A stretch of DNA of 64,000 nt, taken from contig JBHLLP010000004.1 in NCBI GenBank assembly GCA_048885525.1, positions 1 through 64,000 on the forward strand. The letters are read 5' to 3'. The stretch comes from Candidatus Hermodarchaeota archaeon. GTDB taxonomy: Archaea; Asgardarchaeota; Lokiarchaeia; Sigyniarchaeales; SOKP01. The notes below the pieces were generated by a model that was not told where the DNA came from, did not search any database, and was given only the letters and a program-made list of their open reading frames with translations. Position numbers and translations under genes: made by a program. How positions within the stretch are numbered: position 1 is the first letter of the stretch; each line of letters begins with the position of its first letter. Below, one piece after another: positions 49,969 through 59,039 of the stretch.

Positions 49969-50667
49969 ATGCCGCAAGAAAAGAGTAAGAAAAAAGCAGT
50001 TTTGATCCCAGTATTAACAATAATTGTAATTCTATGTATTGCTACATTTCATGATCTAAACACTGAAATGAATTTTGCTTTTCATGAAGATTCTGGAGAA
50101 GAACAAGGAAACCTTATTTTAGAAAGAAAAGCTTCTTATGAAATCATTTGGGAGTTCAAATCTACAAATACTATGAAAGTATTAATAATCAAAAAAAGTA
50201 GTCTTGAATGGTATAAAAGAGTCGTCTCTGAAATAGCTGAAGAATATCATATAGATACTAGTTATTATTGGAATGAATTTCTTGAAAGCCACTACGTCTC
50301 GCAGGGAAAGTACGAAGATTCGGGTAAATTCAAAAGCACTGATAATACATTATATTATATTGAGTTTGTAACTTCAGGGACATTCACTTATCATGTCAAT
50401 TGGGATCCCTTCGCTATCGACTTAAAATGGATCTTTTTTACTCTTCTTGGTATTTTCACAACAATTGGTATATTCTCTTATATATTCCGTTTTAATTATT
50501 TAATTAAAATTAAAAGGAATATTAAGAAATATAATTCATTGAAAGCACCAACACTGGATAATTGTGCATATATAATTACATATAAATGTGAAATTTGTGG
50601 AATAAATCTGGATTTGGATGCTATTTTCTGTCATAAATGTGGTTCTCGACTAAACAAATATAAATAA
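49969..50667 (+). CDS. membrane protein with C-terminal zinc ribbon
   Basis: Two TM segments; CEICG...FCHKCG. Confidence 0.75.
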   Translation: MPQEKSKKKAVLIPVLTIIVILCIATFHDLNTEMNFAFHEDSGEEQGNLILERKASYEIIWEFKSTNTMKVLIIKKSSLEWYKRVVSEIAEEYHIDTSYYWNEFLESHYVSQGKYEDSGKFKSTDNTLYYIEFVTSGTFTYHVNWDPFAIDLKWIFFTLLGIFTTIGIFSYIFRFNYLIKIKRNIKKYNSLKAPTLDNCAYIITYKCEICGINLDLDAIFCHKCGSRLNKYK

Positions 50668-50726
50668 TATATTAAAAGATTGCGCCCTCTCAACCCTTAA
50701 CAAATAAAAAAATGGAAAAGTAAAAA

Positions 50727-51623
50727 TTAGCTTAATGAAGCATTAAAATTGAAGGAAATGTTATGTAAAAATTCCTTATATCTTGAGCGAAGAGTTACCT
50801 CTGTGACTCCTATCACTCGTGAAATATCTTTTTGACTTACCTTGTGATTCCTCAGTTTTGATACGAAATATATTGAACCAGCACACAAACCTTTCGGATC
50901 TTTACCGCATATAGACGTGTTTTCGATGAAATTCTTTAATACATTTATTGATTCCTTCTCAATATTAATATCCAAACCTAAATCCGCGCAATAGCGAGGT
51001 ATAAGGGATACAGGATCAATATGAGGTGATTTTAAGTTCAATTCTCGTACTAAGATCTTATAGCATTTTTTCACAATATTATTGTTTATTGATGCCTCCT
51101 CTAAGATTTCCTGAAGAGTAATTGGAACCCTTTCTTGTTTGCATACATAATATGCACATGCTGCTATCATACCATTTATAGACCTGCCCCTTAAGAGATT
51201 CTTCTTAAATACTTCCTTATAAAGTCGAACAGCTGATTTCTTTACCCTCTCTGGAAAATTTAAATTGCCACCAATTCTCTTTAGTTCGGTTATAGCAATA
51301 AGCATATTCCGTTTCTCCCAAGATAAATGAGTATTCCATTTTGCTGCTCTTCTTAAATCAGGATTTTTAATTTTTGTCCTATCAATAATTGTACTAAGAC
51401 CGATATCAGGCATCAAAATTGAAATTGGACAACCAGTTCTTTCTTTTTTATCCTTTTCTTGTTTTGAATAAGCCCTTATACCGCTATGACTTACATCAAC
51501 TGCCTTTTCAGATAGAACTAAACCACAATGTTGACAAACAATTTCCCCTCTTTGATGAATATCAATCGTGGAACCACTACATTCAGGACAAAAGCCTGTT
51601 TGCTGTGATACTTCAATAAACAT
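50727..51623 (-). CDS. tfb: transcription initiation factor IIB paralog
   Basis: CPEC..GEIVCQHCGLV, ERTG.P, RGRSI, GKDPKGLCAG, GVTEVTLRSRYKE. Confidence 0.93.
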   Translation of the reverse strand: MFIEVSQQTGFCPECSGSTIDIHQRGEIVCQHCGLVLSEKAVDVSHSGIRAYSKQEKDKKERTGCPISILMPDIGLSTIIDRTKIKNPDLRRAAKWNTHLSWEKRNMLIAITELKRIGGNLNFPERVKKSAVRLYKEVFKKNLLRGRSINGMIAACAYYVCKQERVPITLQEILEEASINNNIVKKCYKILVRELNLKSPHIDPVSLIPRYCADLGLDINIEKESINVLKNFIENTSICGKDPKGLCAGSIYFVSKLRNHKVSQKDISRVIGVTEVTLRSRYKEFLHNISFNFNASLS

Positions 51624-51703
51624 TACCCATAACCCTTTACTTTATTTTCAAAAAACTATGATATTAGTTTTTTTTCACATAACTTAGGAAAAAAAAATTT
51701 TTT

Positions 51704-52033
51704 TTGGTAGCAAAAAAAATATTTTTTGTTACAATTATTGCTGTTAAAGGTTATAAATGTAAGGGAGTAGTAAGTGGGACAAAAGGTTTAAAAGAGTTAA
51801 AAGGTTGGATCACCAAGCTTATTCTAGTAGATATAATCTTACCGGATATTTTTGAATATGAAATTTGTAAAATGATTAAGGATCATAAAGTATATCATGA
51901 GTTTCACGCCTATCTACTTACAGCAATATAAAGGAGCGAAGTATAGAAATAGATGGATGAAATCAAAACTGATGTTTATATCTTGAACCCTTTCGATTTT
52001 TCTGATTTTGAGGTGGTATTCCAATATTTATAA
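51704..52033 (+). pseudogene. decayed single-domain response regulator (receiver)
   Basis: KLILVDIILPD..YEICKMIK..LLTAI*RSEV*K*MDEIKTDVYILNPFDFSDF..; three internal in-frame stops. Confidence 0.8.
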
Positions 52034-52088
52034 TATTGATTTTTTTAATTAAATTAAAACTTAATCTTATTAATTTTTTATAAAGTAG

Positions 52089-52192
52089 CGGGCTATGAGG
52101 GAATCACGTTAGCTGGATTGCTTCCAACTGATTTCGAACCCCCGACCGTCAGGTTAAGAGCCTGCTGCGCTACCTGCCTGCGCCAATAGCCC
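52089..52192 (-). tRNA. tRNA-Lys(CTT) with 30-nt T-loop intron (59/60) at 52103..52132
   Basis: GGGCTAT/ATAGCCC acceptor, CT-CTT-AA anticodon loop, GGGGG-TTCGAA[intron]T-CCCTC; 74 nt after splicing. Confidence 0.9.
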
Positions 52193-52230
52193 ATCTATAA
52201 AAAATTTCTTAATAGCTGTAATACATAAAA

Positions 52231-52332
52231 CGCAGATGGAGGGACTCGAACCCCCGAGCGCTTACGCGCACCGGCTCACTTGATTATTAAAAAATCTCAA
52301 GGCCGGCGTCTTACCAGCTAGGCTACATCTGC
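52231..52332 (-). tRNA. tRNA-Ser(TGA) with 19-nt canonical 37/38 intron at 52277..52295
   Basis: GCAGATG/CATCTGC acceptor, long variable arm, CTTG/CAAG central BHB helix. Confidence 0.92.
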
Positions 52333-52511
52333 ATTTTTAAGACAACTAAGAAATTTTTAATACTTGATGATAATATGCTATTAAAGTAGAGTATATGCTA
52401 GAAAATAAATTTTTTTTTATTTTTCATTGACTTTATCACTATTTTCATCTTCTATTTAAAGAAAACTATAAATTTTATGCTACATTGACCTCTAATTGAG
52501 ATGGTGAAGAA

Positions 52512-53000
52512 ATGAGCGGGGCAAAGGATTTTCGTTATTTAATACCTGAAAGTTTATTCAAAGAAATTACCCAAAAGGCAGCAGAGGAGTACCCTCTGAT
52601 AGTACATGGGTGGTTATTTGCTGATAGAAAAGAGAATTTTGGAATTTGTACCAAATTTATCATGAACCCTGATTTACGTAAAAGTAAAGTCCATGTTAAA
52701 CCAAGAAGTTGGATGCGATACAAAAAATCAAAAATTTATAACATGCGTAAATTTAAAGCTGAAATGGGTGTAGATATTGTCTGGATGTGGCATAGTCATC
52801 CTTCTGGAAATGAAAAACTTCATGCGATTGATAAGCGAATATTGAAGTATCTCTCTAATGGTGTTATGATTATTGTTATCCCACCAGCATCGGATAAAAC
52901 TCCAGAGCAAAAACCACATCTAGTTGGATGGTATTACGATAAACGTTATACCAAAAAACCGATTATCGAAAAGATGGTCTTTGAGATAATTTCCGAATGA
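52512..53000 (+). CDS. JAB/MPN domain protein with atypical JAMM motif
   Basis: YPLIVHGWL; WHSHPSGNEKLHAID. Confidence 0.8.
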   Translation: MSGAKDFRYLIPESLFKEITQKAAEEYPLIVHGWLFADRKENFGICTKFIMNPDLRKSKVHVKPRSWMRYKKSKIYNMRKFKAEMGVDIVWMWHSHPSGNEKLHAIDKRILKYLSNGVMIIVIPPASDKTPEQKPHLVGWYYDKRYTKKPIIEKMVFEIISE

Positions 53001-53129
53001 TCGAAAATGAAAAATTGAAATATCTCCTTTTCTTTTATTTTTTTACTTCCTATAATAAAATATTAAAATTTTAAATTGTTATATTGAATTGGTAATTTTT
53101 ATAAACAACATTAAAATTTACTTTTATAT

Positions 53130-53212
53130 GCTCAGGTCGCTTAGCCTGGTAGAGCGCCGGTCTGCTAAACCGGTGTCCAATGGATTCGTGGGTTCAAATC
53201 CCACCCTGAGCG
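53130..53212 (+). tRNA. tRNA-Ser(GCT), intronless
   Basis: GCTCAGG/CCTGAGC acceptor, CCGGT-CTGCTAA-ACCGG, long variable arm, GTGGG-TTCAAAT-CCCAC. Confidence 0.95.
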
Positions 53213-53219
53213 TAGATGT

Positions 53220-53325
53220 GGGCCAGTGGTCTAGTGGTTATGACGTCGCGCTTACACCGCGAAGGTCGAGAGTTCAATTAGAAAAATGATTTCTATTTTT
53301 CTTGAAAACCTCTCCTGGCCCACCA
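53220..53325 (+). tRNA. tRNA-Val(TAC) with 30-nt T-loop intron (59/60) at 53279..53308; encoded CCA
   Basis: GGGCCAG/CTGGCCC acceptor, CT-TAC-AC loop, GAGAG-TTCAAT[intron]C-CTCTC; perfect TTCA/TGAA central helix. Confidence 0.92.
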
Positions 53326-53326
53326 T

Positions 53327-54148
53327 TTATCTATTATTGATAAGCAGTTTTTTCATTTTTTCGGGTCGTAAAGCACTTAATTTACAATTTTTCAGATCAT
53401 TTCCAATATGTGCGATAATCCCAGGAGCATCAGAACCTTCTTTTAATAAAACAATGTTTTCTAAAAAGCCAAATCTTTTTACAGTAATAATATCTCGGAA
53501 ATGTCCTTTTTTTGTAATTATTTTCTTAAACTGACCTTTAGTTTCCCCACTTAAAAATACACCTTCGATATTTTCTTCAATAATTTTACTAAAGAAATTT
53601 AAGGTTTTTGGTGTTAATTCACCTTGAAGTTTATTCTTAGTTAAATTTATCTCTGTAATTTTTATATTTATAGGAAAATGATCTATAAAATCGTATGCTT
53701 CTATAATCTGTTTTAATGATCTTTTTTTTCCTTTACATAATTGTTCCCTTAAAGTATGCAAATTTATAAGAACATCTGTTTTTGGATTCATAATAGCGCA
53801 ATCAACAAATAATCCAAAACCAACTTTTCCGACATCCACAAGTGATCCCCTTAATTCTTTCCCAACCTTAATATCGCCAAATTCATTAATACTCCCGATT
53901 TCTTTTCTTAAAATATTAAAAACAAAATCCTCTTCGGGACCACTTATGACTATTTCAAATCTTTTATCAAACTTTCTTAACTTTTTAATCTTTATATTGG
54001 TGTGTGGAAATCCTTTTACATGTTCATTCAAATATTTAATATATCTCAAGTATATATCTTCTTTCTTACCTCTATCTGATATATTATAGATCTTATCAAA
54101 CAAAACTAAATTTTGCACCATAAGAAAACACTTAAATGCTAGTATCAA
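53327..54148 (-). CDS. DUF2110-type protein (S1-like)
   Basis: ISGPEEDF..NILRKEIG; GKVGFGLFVD; G+FRDI..V.RFGFLE..V.LKEGSDAPGIIA.IG. Confidence 0.75.
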   Translation of the reverse strand: MILAFKCFLMVQNLVLFDKIYNISDRGKKEDIYLRYIKYLNEHVKGFPHTNIKIKKLRKFDKRFEIVISGPEEDFVFNILRKEIGSINEFGDIKVGKELRGSLVDVGKVGFGLFVDCAIMNPKTDVLINLHTLREQLCKGKKRSLKQIIEAYDFIDHFPINIKITEINLTKNKLQGELTPKTLNFFSKIIEENIEGVFLSGETKGQFKKIITKKGHFRDIITVKRFGFLENIVLLKEGSDAPGIIAHIGNDLKNCKLSALRPEKMKKLLINNR

Positions 54149-54295
54149 TTAAAATTTAAGTATTTTAACATATAAAAAGTATAATTTTTTCTCAAATTTA
54201 AAAATGGAGACTCTATCGTTCTAAAAAGATTTATATTTCAATATTTTTATCTTTCTATAAAAATAAAAACAGAATTTTACAGAAGATGGAGAATT

Positions 54296-54667
54296 ATGGA
54301 TGAACTAAGATTTAATCATCTAGTTAATGCTTTAAACGAGTATGAAGGCGTAGAGGAGGTTTTTCTCTTAAATAATGAAGGAGATATCGTTTTTAAATCC
54401 AGAGATTTTCCTCTAACAAGCCAAGAAGCTAAAGGAATATTAAATGCTTGGAAAACAAAAGAACCCGCTCTTGAATTTCAGAATTATCGATTTGCAATTT
54501 TGAAGAACGATGAGATACAATTAGCCGCCAAAAATATAGGTGCTGGGAAAGGGAATATCATTGGTTCCATAACAAAAGAGGGAGATTATCTCGTTGCTCA
54601 TACCAGAGATGAAAGTATGATTTTATTAGAGTGGTCTATTTTTATAAATAAAGTTGCTTGGTCATAA
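54296..54667 (+). CDS. profilin-like protein
   Basis: 123 aa; VFLLNNEGDIVFKS.DF.L...ILNAWK...LEFQNYRFAILKND..QLAAKNIG.GKGNIIG mirrors the Asgard profilin strand order. Confidence 0.65.
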   Translation: MDELRFNHLVNALNEYEGVEEVFLLNNEGDIVFKSRDFPLTSQEAKGILNAWKTKEPALEFQNYRFAILKNDEIQLAAKNIGAGKGNIIGSITKEGDYLVAHTRDESMILLEWSIFINKVAWS

Positions 54668-54919
54668 AAATGCAAGATATAGAGCAGATTGATATAACAC
54701 GGCTCTAATCTTCTTTTTATACTCTTTTTTTAAAATATATAAAAAAAATATTTATTATATCTTTTATTACTACTTTTTAACTAAAGTAAAATAAAATCAA
54801 AAAATAATATAAATAGAAAGAATTAATTAAAAAAAATCTTTAAAAAAGATTATCCAATTTAGTGATATCTATTAGGATTTTAATTGATTCTGTAAAAACA
54901 CTAAGGAGGTTGATGAAAT

Positions 54920-55636
54920 ATTTTCCAAGGTCAAGGACGTGGCTATGATATGGCTATTACCCAATTTTCACCAGAAGGGCGGCTGTTTCAAGTCGAATAT
55001 GCCATTGAAGCTGTCCGAAGAGGTACTACCGCAATAGTATGTAGAAATAAAAATTCAGTAGTATTCACAGTAGAAAAGAAAAGTTCTGAACTTCAAGAGG
55101 ATAGTGCAGGTTCAGAAAAAATATTTAAAATTGATGATCATATCGGAGTGGCTATTGCTGGATTAACAGCTGATGCCCGCGTTTTAATAGATAGAGCCCG
55201 AGTTCAAGCTCAAGTTAATATATTAAATTATGATGAAAGAATTACTGTTAAAGATAGCACTTTAAATATTTGTGAATATAAACAGGTTTTTACGCAGAAT
55301 GCAGGTGTAAGACCTTTTGGTGTATCTTTTCTGATAGCTGGAATAGATTCAAATGGACCCTCCTTATATCTTACGGACCCAAGTGGTGCGATGTGGTCAT
55401 ATTTTGCATTCGCAATTGGCTCACAAGCCACTGAAGCAAGGGCTTACCTTGAAGAACATTATAAAGAGGATATGAGTGATGATGAATTGAAGTTATTACC
55501 CTTAAGAACACTCAAAGAATTGATGGGTGATAATTTAAATAAACATACATGTGATGTAGCTTTTATTTTAAAGGAAGATAAAACTTTTAAGCTATTAAAT
55601 TTGGAAGAGAAGGAAGAATTATTAAATAAATTGTGA
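54920..55636 (+). CDS. psmA: proteasome subunit alpha
   Basis: GYDMAITQFSPEGRLFQVEYA, GVRPFGVS, TDPSG; the conserved GYD lies upstream of the ORF-track ATG, so the start is ATT 54920 after GGAGG. Confidence 0.96.
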   Translation: MFQGQGRGYDMAITQFSPEGRLFQVEYAIEAVRRGTTAIVCRNKNSVVFTVEKKSSELQEDSAGSEKIFKIDDHIGVAIAGLTADARVLIDRARVQAQVNILNYDERITVKDSTLNICEYKQVFTQNAGVRPFGVSFLIAGIDSNGPSLYLTDPSGAMWSYFAFAIGSQATEARAYLEEHYKEDMSDDELKLLPLRTLKELMGDNLNKHTCDVAFILKEDKTFKLLNLEEKEELLNKL

Positions 55637-55760
55637 CTTCCAAAAAATTATAAGAAAATCAAGGTAGAACCCTTTTATATTTATCTTTTAACAGAAAGAC
55701 AAAAAAATAGGAAGAAAAGGAATCGAGATAATTCAATAATTTACATTGTGAATCCATAAC

Positions 55761-56552
55761 ATGATTGATAGGGCAAGGATTGATTTAGGCGGATTTATTA
55801 TAGGGCGAATTGAAAATTCAGGCAGAATATTCGAAATGCTAATGGATCCTGAGAAAGCATGGGAAGCAAAAAAAATTATTCGGGAAGAAATCAATGCTAG
55901 ATTAAAAGCAGGTAAAGAGAAATCTCGGCTTAAAGTAGAAGAGATATTAAACGATCAAAAAATTAATTTAGAACTTATTTTTGAGAGTTTTATGGTATTT
56001 GAAGATTTGAGAAGAGGAAAAAAGGCTACTGATGGAGATATGGAAGTAGTATTTAATACTACAGATGGAAAGACCATTGCGGCACATATTCTATTAGAAG
56101 GAGAAATACATTGGACAAAAACTCAAAGAGAAGAAGAAAAGCAAAAGAAATTAAAACAAATCATAACAATTATCACTAAAAATGCTATTAATCCACAGAA
56201 TAAAAAACCCCATCCATATCAGCGAATTGAAAAGGCAATTGAAGAAGCAAATGTTAAAATTGATCTAATGAGAAGTGCTGAAGAACAAGTTGAGGATGTA
56301 GTTAAGAGTATTCGAGCGATCATTCCTATTAGAATAGAACAAGTCGAAATGGCTATTAAGATACCAACAGCTTTTACAGCAAAGGGTTATAATATTGTTG
56401 CTCAATACGTACAAATCAAGAAAGAAGAGTGGCAATCTGATGGTTCTTGGGTTTCTGTTGTAAGTTTACCTGCAGGTTTACAAATGGAATTAATTGATAA
56501 ATTAAACAAGTTAACTCATGGAAGAGTCCAAACTAAAGTATTAAAATCCTAG
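55761..56552 (+). CDS. ribosome maturation factor SBDS/Sdo1
   Basis: FEMLMDP, ILLEGEI, INPQ..PHPYQRIE, EEWQSDGSW, PAGLQ, LNKLTHG. Confidence 0.95.
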   Translation: MIDRARIDLGGFIIGRIENSGRIFEMLMDPEKAWEAKKIIREEINARLKAGKEKSRLKVEEILNDQKINLELIFESFMVFEDLRRGKKATDGDMEVVFNTTDGKTIAAHILLEGEIHWTKTQREEEKQKKLKQIITIITKNAINPQNKKPHPYQRIEKAIEEANVKIDLMRSAEEQVEDVVKSIRAIIPIRIEQVEMAIKIPTAFTAKGYNIVAQYVQIKKEEWQSDGSWVSVVSLPAGLQMELIDKLNKLTHGRVQTKVLKS

Positions 56553-56592
56553 TCAAAATGGGTTTAATTCATTCTTTTATATATTAATTTTT

Positions 56593-57423
56593 TTGATAAA
56601 GATTAGGAGAATAAGCAAATTTAAAAAAAATGTGAGTAATAATATGGAACAAGATGAAGAACTAGATAATGATGAATTCGAAGATTTTGGAGAAGATGAT
56701 GATTCCAGAGATATTGTTGTGCCTGGAGAAGTTTTAACTGAAGATGTTAAAAACTTTTTACCTGGAAGGGGAACAATCTTAAATAAAGAGAAGAATAAAA
56801 TAATTTCTTTGAATATAGGATTGAAGCAAATAAAAAAAAATTATGTAAATGTAATTCCTCTTAGGGGATTTTATACTCCGCGTCCTGGTGATAAAGTTAT
56901 TGCTTTAGTAGTTGATAAAAATCCAGTCAAATATAAATGTGATATAAATGCTAAGGAATTTGGTCAACTTAAACCTAAAAATACAATTAAAAGGGGCAGG
57001 ACAAAAGGTTTCAGAGGTAGTGATGCTTCTAAAGAAGAAGGAGGTACTGAAAAATTTGAAATAGGAGATATTTTAATTGTAAAAATTCTCTCTGCAGATC
57101 GTTTAAATAAACCTGAGTTGACAACAGTTGGAAAATATTTAGGTAAAAAAACGGGTGGTATTGTTATTACTATAGATCCACCAAAAATTCCAAGAGTTAT
57201 TGGAAGAAATGGTTCAATGATTAAAATGCTAAAATCTTTAACTAATTGTAATATTTTTGTCACACAAAATGGGCGTATATGGCTGAAAGGTGAAGATATT
57301 GCCCATGAAAGACTACTTATTGAATCAATTCACAAAATTGCTTCTGAAGCCCATACTGTTGGCTTAACAGATAGAATGCAAGAATTTATAATAAATGAAA
57401 AAAAGAAGCGAGGTATTGAATGA
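56593..57423 (+). CDS. rrp4: exosome RNA-binding subunit Rrp4
   Basis: IVVPGE, PGRGT, Y.P..GDKVI, KIPRVIGRNGSMI, QNGRIW, EAHT.GLTDR; start probably further downstream. Confidence 0.95.
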   Translation: MIKIRRISKFKKNVSNNMEQDEELDNDEFEDFGEDDDSRDIVVPGEVLTEDVKNFLPGRGTILNKEKNKIISLNIGLKQIKKNYVNVIPLRGFYTPRPGDKVIALVVDKNPVKYKCDINAKEFGQLKPKNTIKRGRTKGFRGSDASKEEGGTEKFEIGDILIVKILSADRLNKPELTTVGKYLGKKTGGIVITIDPPKIPRVIGRNGSMIKMLKSLTNCNIFVTQNGRIWLKGEDIAHERLLIESIHKIASEAHTVGLTDRMQEFIINEKKKRGIE

Positions 57424-58209
57424 ATGCCATTAATAATTAAAGACGAGTATCCTGAGAAATTATTTCGTAAAGATGGAAAAAGACTTGATGGTCGTAATTT
57501 AAAAGAATTAAGACCAATAAAAATGAAGGTTGGAGTTATTCAAAACGCAGATGGATCTGCATATCTCGAATGGGGTAATAACAAAATCTTTGCTGCTGTA
57601 TATGGTCCTAGAGAAGTACACCCTCATCATCTAGCAAAACCAGATAAAGGAATTCTAAGAGTATTTTACAGAATGGCTACTTTTTCTGTATTCGATAGAA
57701 AAAGACCTGCTCCTGGACGTCGTGAAAAGGAAATCTCAATGATTGTTGCAGATTGTCTAGAACCAGTCCTTTTTCTGGAACTCTATCCTGGTACCAGTTT
57801 CGAAGTCTTCATTGAAGTTATGGACGCCGATGGTGGAACAAGATGTGCAAGTACAACAGTAGCAGCATTAGCATTAGCCGATGCTGGGATCCCTATGAAA
57901 AGTTTAGTATCTGCTATTGCAGTAGGAAAAATTGATGGAAAAAAAGTTATTGATCTTTCAGGAATTGAAGATAAAGCAGGAGAAGCAGATTTACCAATCG
58001 CCATTACTTGGTATAACGAGGAAGTTTCATTACTCCAATTTGATGGAGATATGGATTTGATTGAGATGAATGATTTTTTAGATGATGCGAAAGAAGCATT
58101 AAAAAACATACACAAAATTCAATTAGATGCCTTGAAAAGTAAATATATAAAATTACAAGAAGAAACAAAAGAGGAAAATGAAAAAGAAGGCAAAAAAGGT
58201 GATGAATGA
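57424..58209 (+). CDS. rrp41: exosome exonuclease Rrp41
   Basis: RLDGR..ELRP, ADGSAY, VYGPRE, YRMATFS, ADGGTR, ALADAGIPM. Confidence 0.97.
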   Translation: MPLIIKDEYPEKLFRKDGKRLDGRNLKELRPIKMKVGVIQNADGSAYLEWGNNKIFAAVYGPREVHPHHLAKPDKGILRVFYRMATFSVFDRKRPAPGRREKEISMIVADCLEPVLFLELYPGTSFEVFIEVMDADGGTRCASTTVAALALADAGIPMKSLVSAIAVGKIDGKKVIDLSGIEDKAGEADLPIAITWYNEEVSLLQFDGDMDLIEMNDFLDDAKEALKNIHKIQLDALKSKYIKLQEETKEENEKEGKKGDE

Positions 58210-59039
58210 AAATGATGGACGTAAGACGAATTATTTCAAAAATTGAAAGAGAATATATAGTATCAAATTTAAGAAAAGAAGAAAGAATTGATGGTAGAGG
58301 ACTCTGGGAATATCGTGATTTTCAAATAAACCCTGATATTATTGCTTCTGCAGAAGGTTCTGCAGATGTTTCTTTAGGAGACACCAGGATTATAACGGGT
58401 TTAAAATATGAAGTGGGCGAACCTTTTCCAGATCTCCCTAATGAAGGTGTATGTACTGTCATGGCAGAATTACTTCCTATAGCATCTCCTTTATTTGAAA
58501 GAGGCCCTCCTGATGAACAATCAATTGAATTAGCTCGTGTTGTAGATCGTGGAATTAGACATGCAGATTGTGTTCAGACTAAGAAACTCTGTATTAAAGA
58601 AAACGAAGCAGTATATATACTTTTTGTTGATATGTACGTAATTAATTATGGTGGTAATCTAATTGATGCTGGTGGGGTTAGTGCATTAACAACATTAATT
58701 TCTGCTCATATTCCCGAAGGAATTATTGGTGAAAATGGCCTTGAATGGACTGGTAAATATATATACGGAGACACGATTGTAAACGAATTACCACTAGTAT
58801 TAACATATGGAAAAATTGATGATATTATTTTCTTGGATCCAAGTTTACCCGAAGAGTTAGTTAGCGATGGTAAAATTTCGATTTCAGTCACAGAAAATAA
58901 AATTACATCTATCCAAAAGAGTGGAGCTGCTACATTTTCAATTGATGAGATCAAAAAACTAGGCGAAAAATCTTTAGAAATTGGCAGAAAATTGAGAAAA
59001 GATTTAAATTTTTTACAATATTTAACCAAAATTGATTAA
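58206..59039 (+). CDS. rrp42: exosome subunit Rrp42
   Basis: RIDGR, AEGSA, PFPDLPNEG, FERGPP, ELARVVDRGIR, GNLIDA. Confidence 0.97.
   Translation: MKMMDVRRIISKIEREYIVSNLRKEERIDGRGLWEYRDFQINPDIIASAEGSADVSLGDTRIITGLKYEVGEPFPDLPNEGVCTVMAELLPIASPLFERGPPDEQSIELARVVDRGIRHADCVQTKKLCIKENEAVYILFVDMYVINYGGNLIDAGGVSALTTLISAHIPEGIIGENGLEWTGKYIYGDTIVNELPLVLTYGKIDDIIFLDPSLPEELVSDGKISISVTENKITSIQKSGAATFSIDEIKKLGEKSLEIGRKLRKDLNFLQYLTKID

Noticed and set aside
52231-52332. Possible tRNA-Sec
   Set aside because: Anticodon is TGA (Ser), not TCA, and the acceptor stem is a normal 7 bp
49348-53325. Integrated element at the tRNA cluster
   Set aside because: No integrase or transposase and no duplicated tRNA 3' end (att) seen
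53089-53534. ORFs 53089..53289 and 53286..53534
   Set aside because: They overlap tRNA-Ser/tRNA-Val or lie antisense to the DUF2110-type gene
55870-55970. Extra ~20 aa in SBDS as a hidden in-frame intron
   Set aside because: Reads as ordinary helical protein sequence and I could not fold a BHB at its borders
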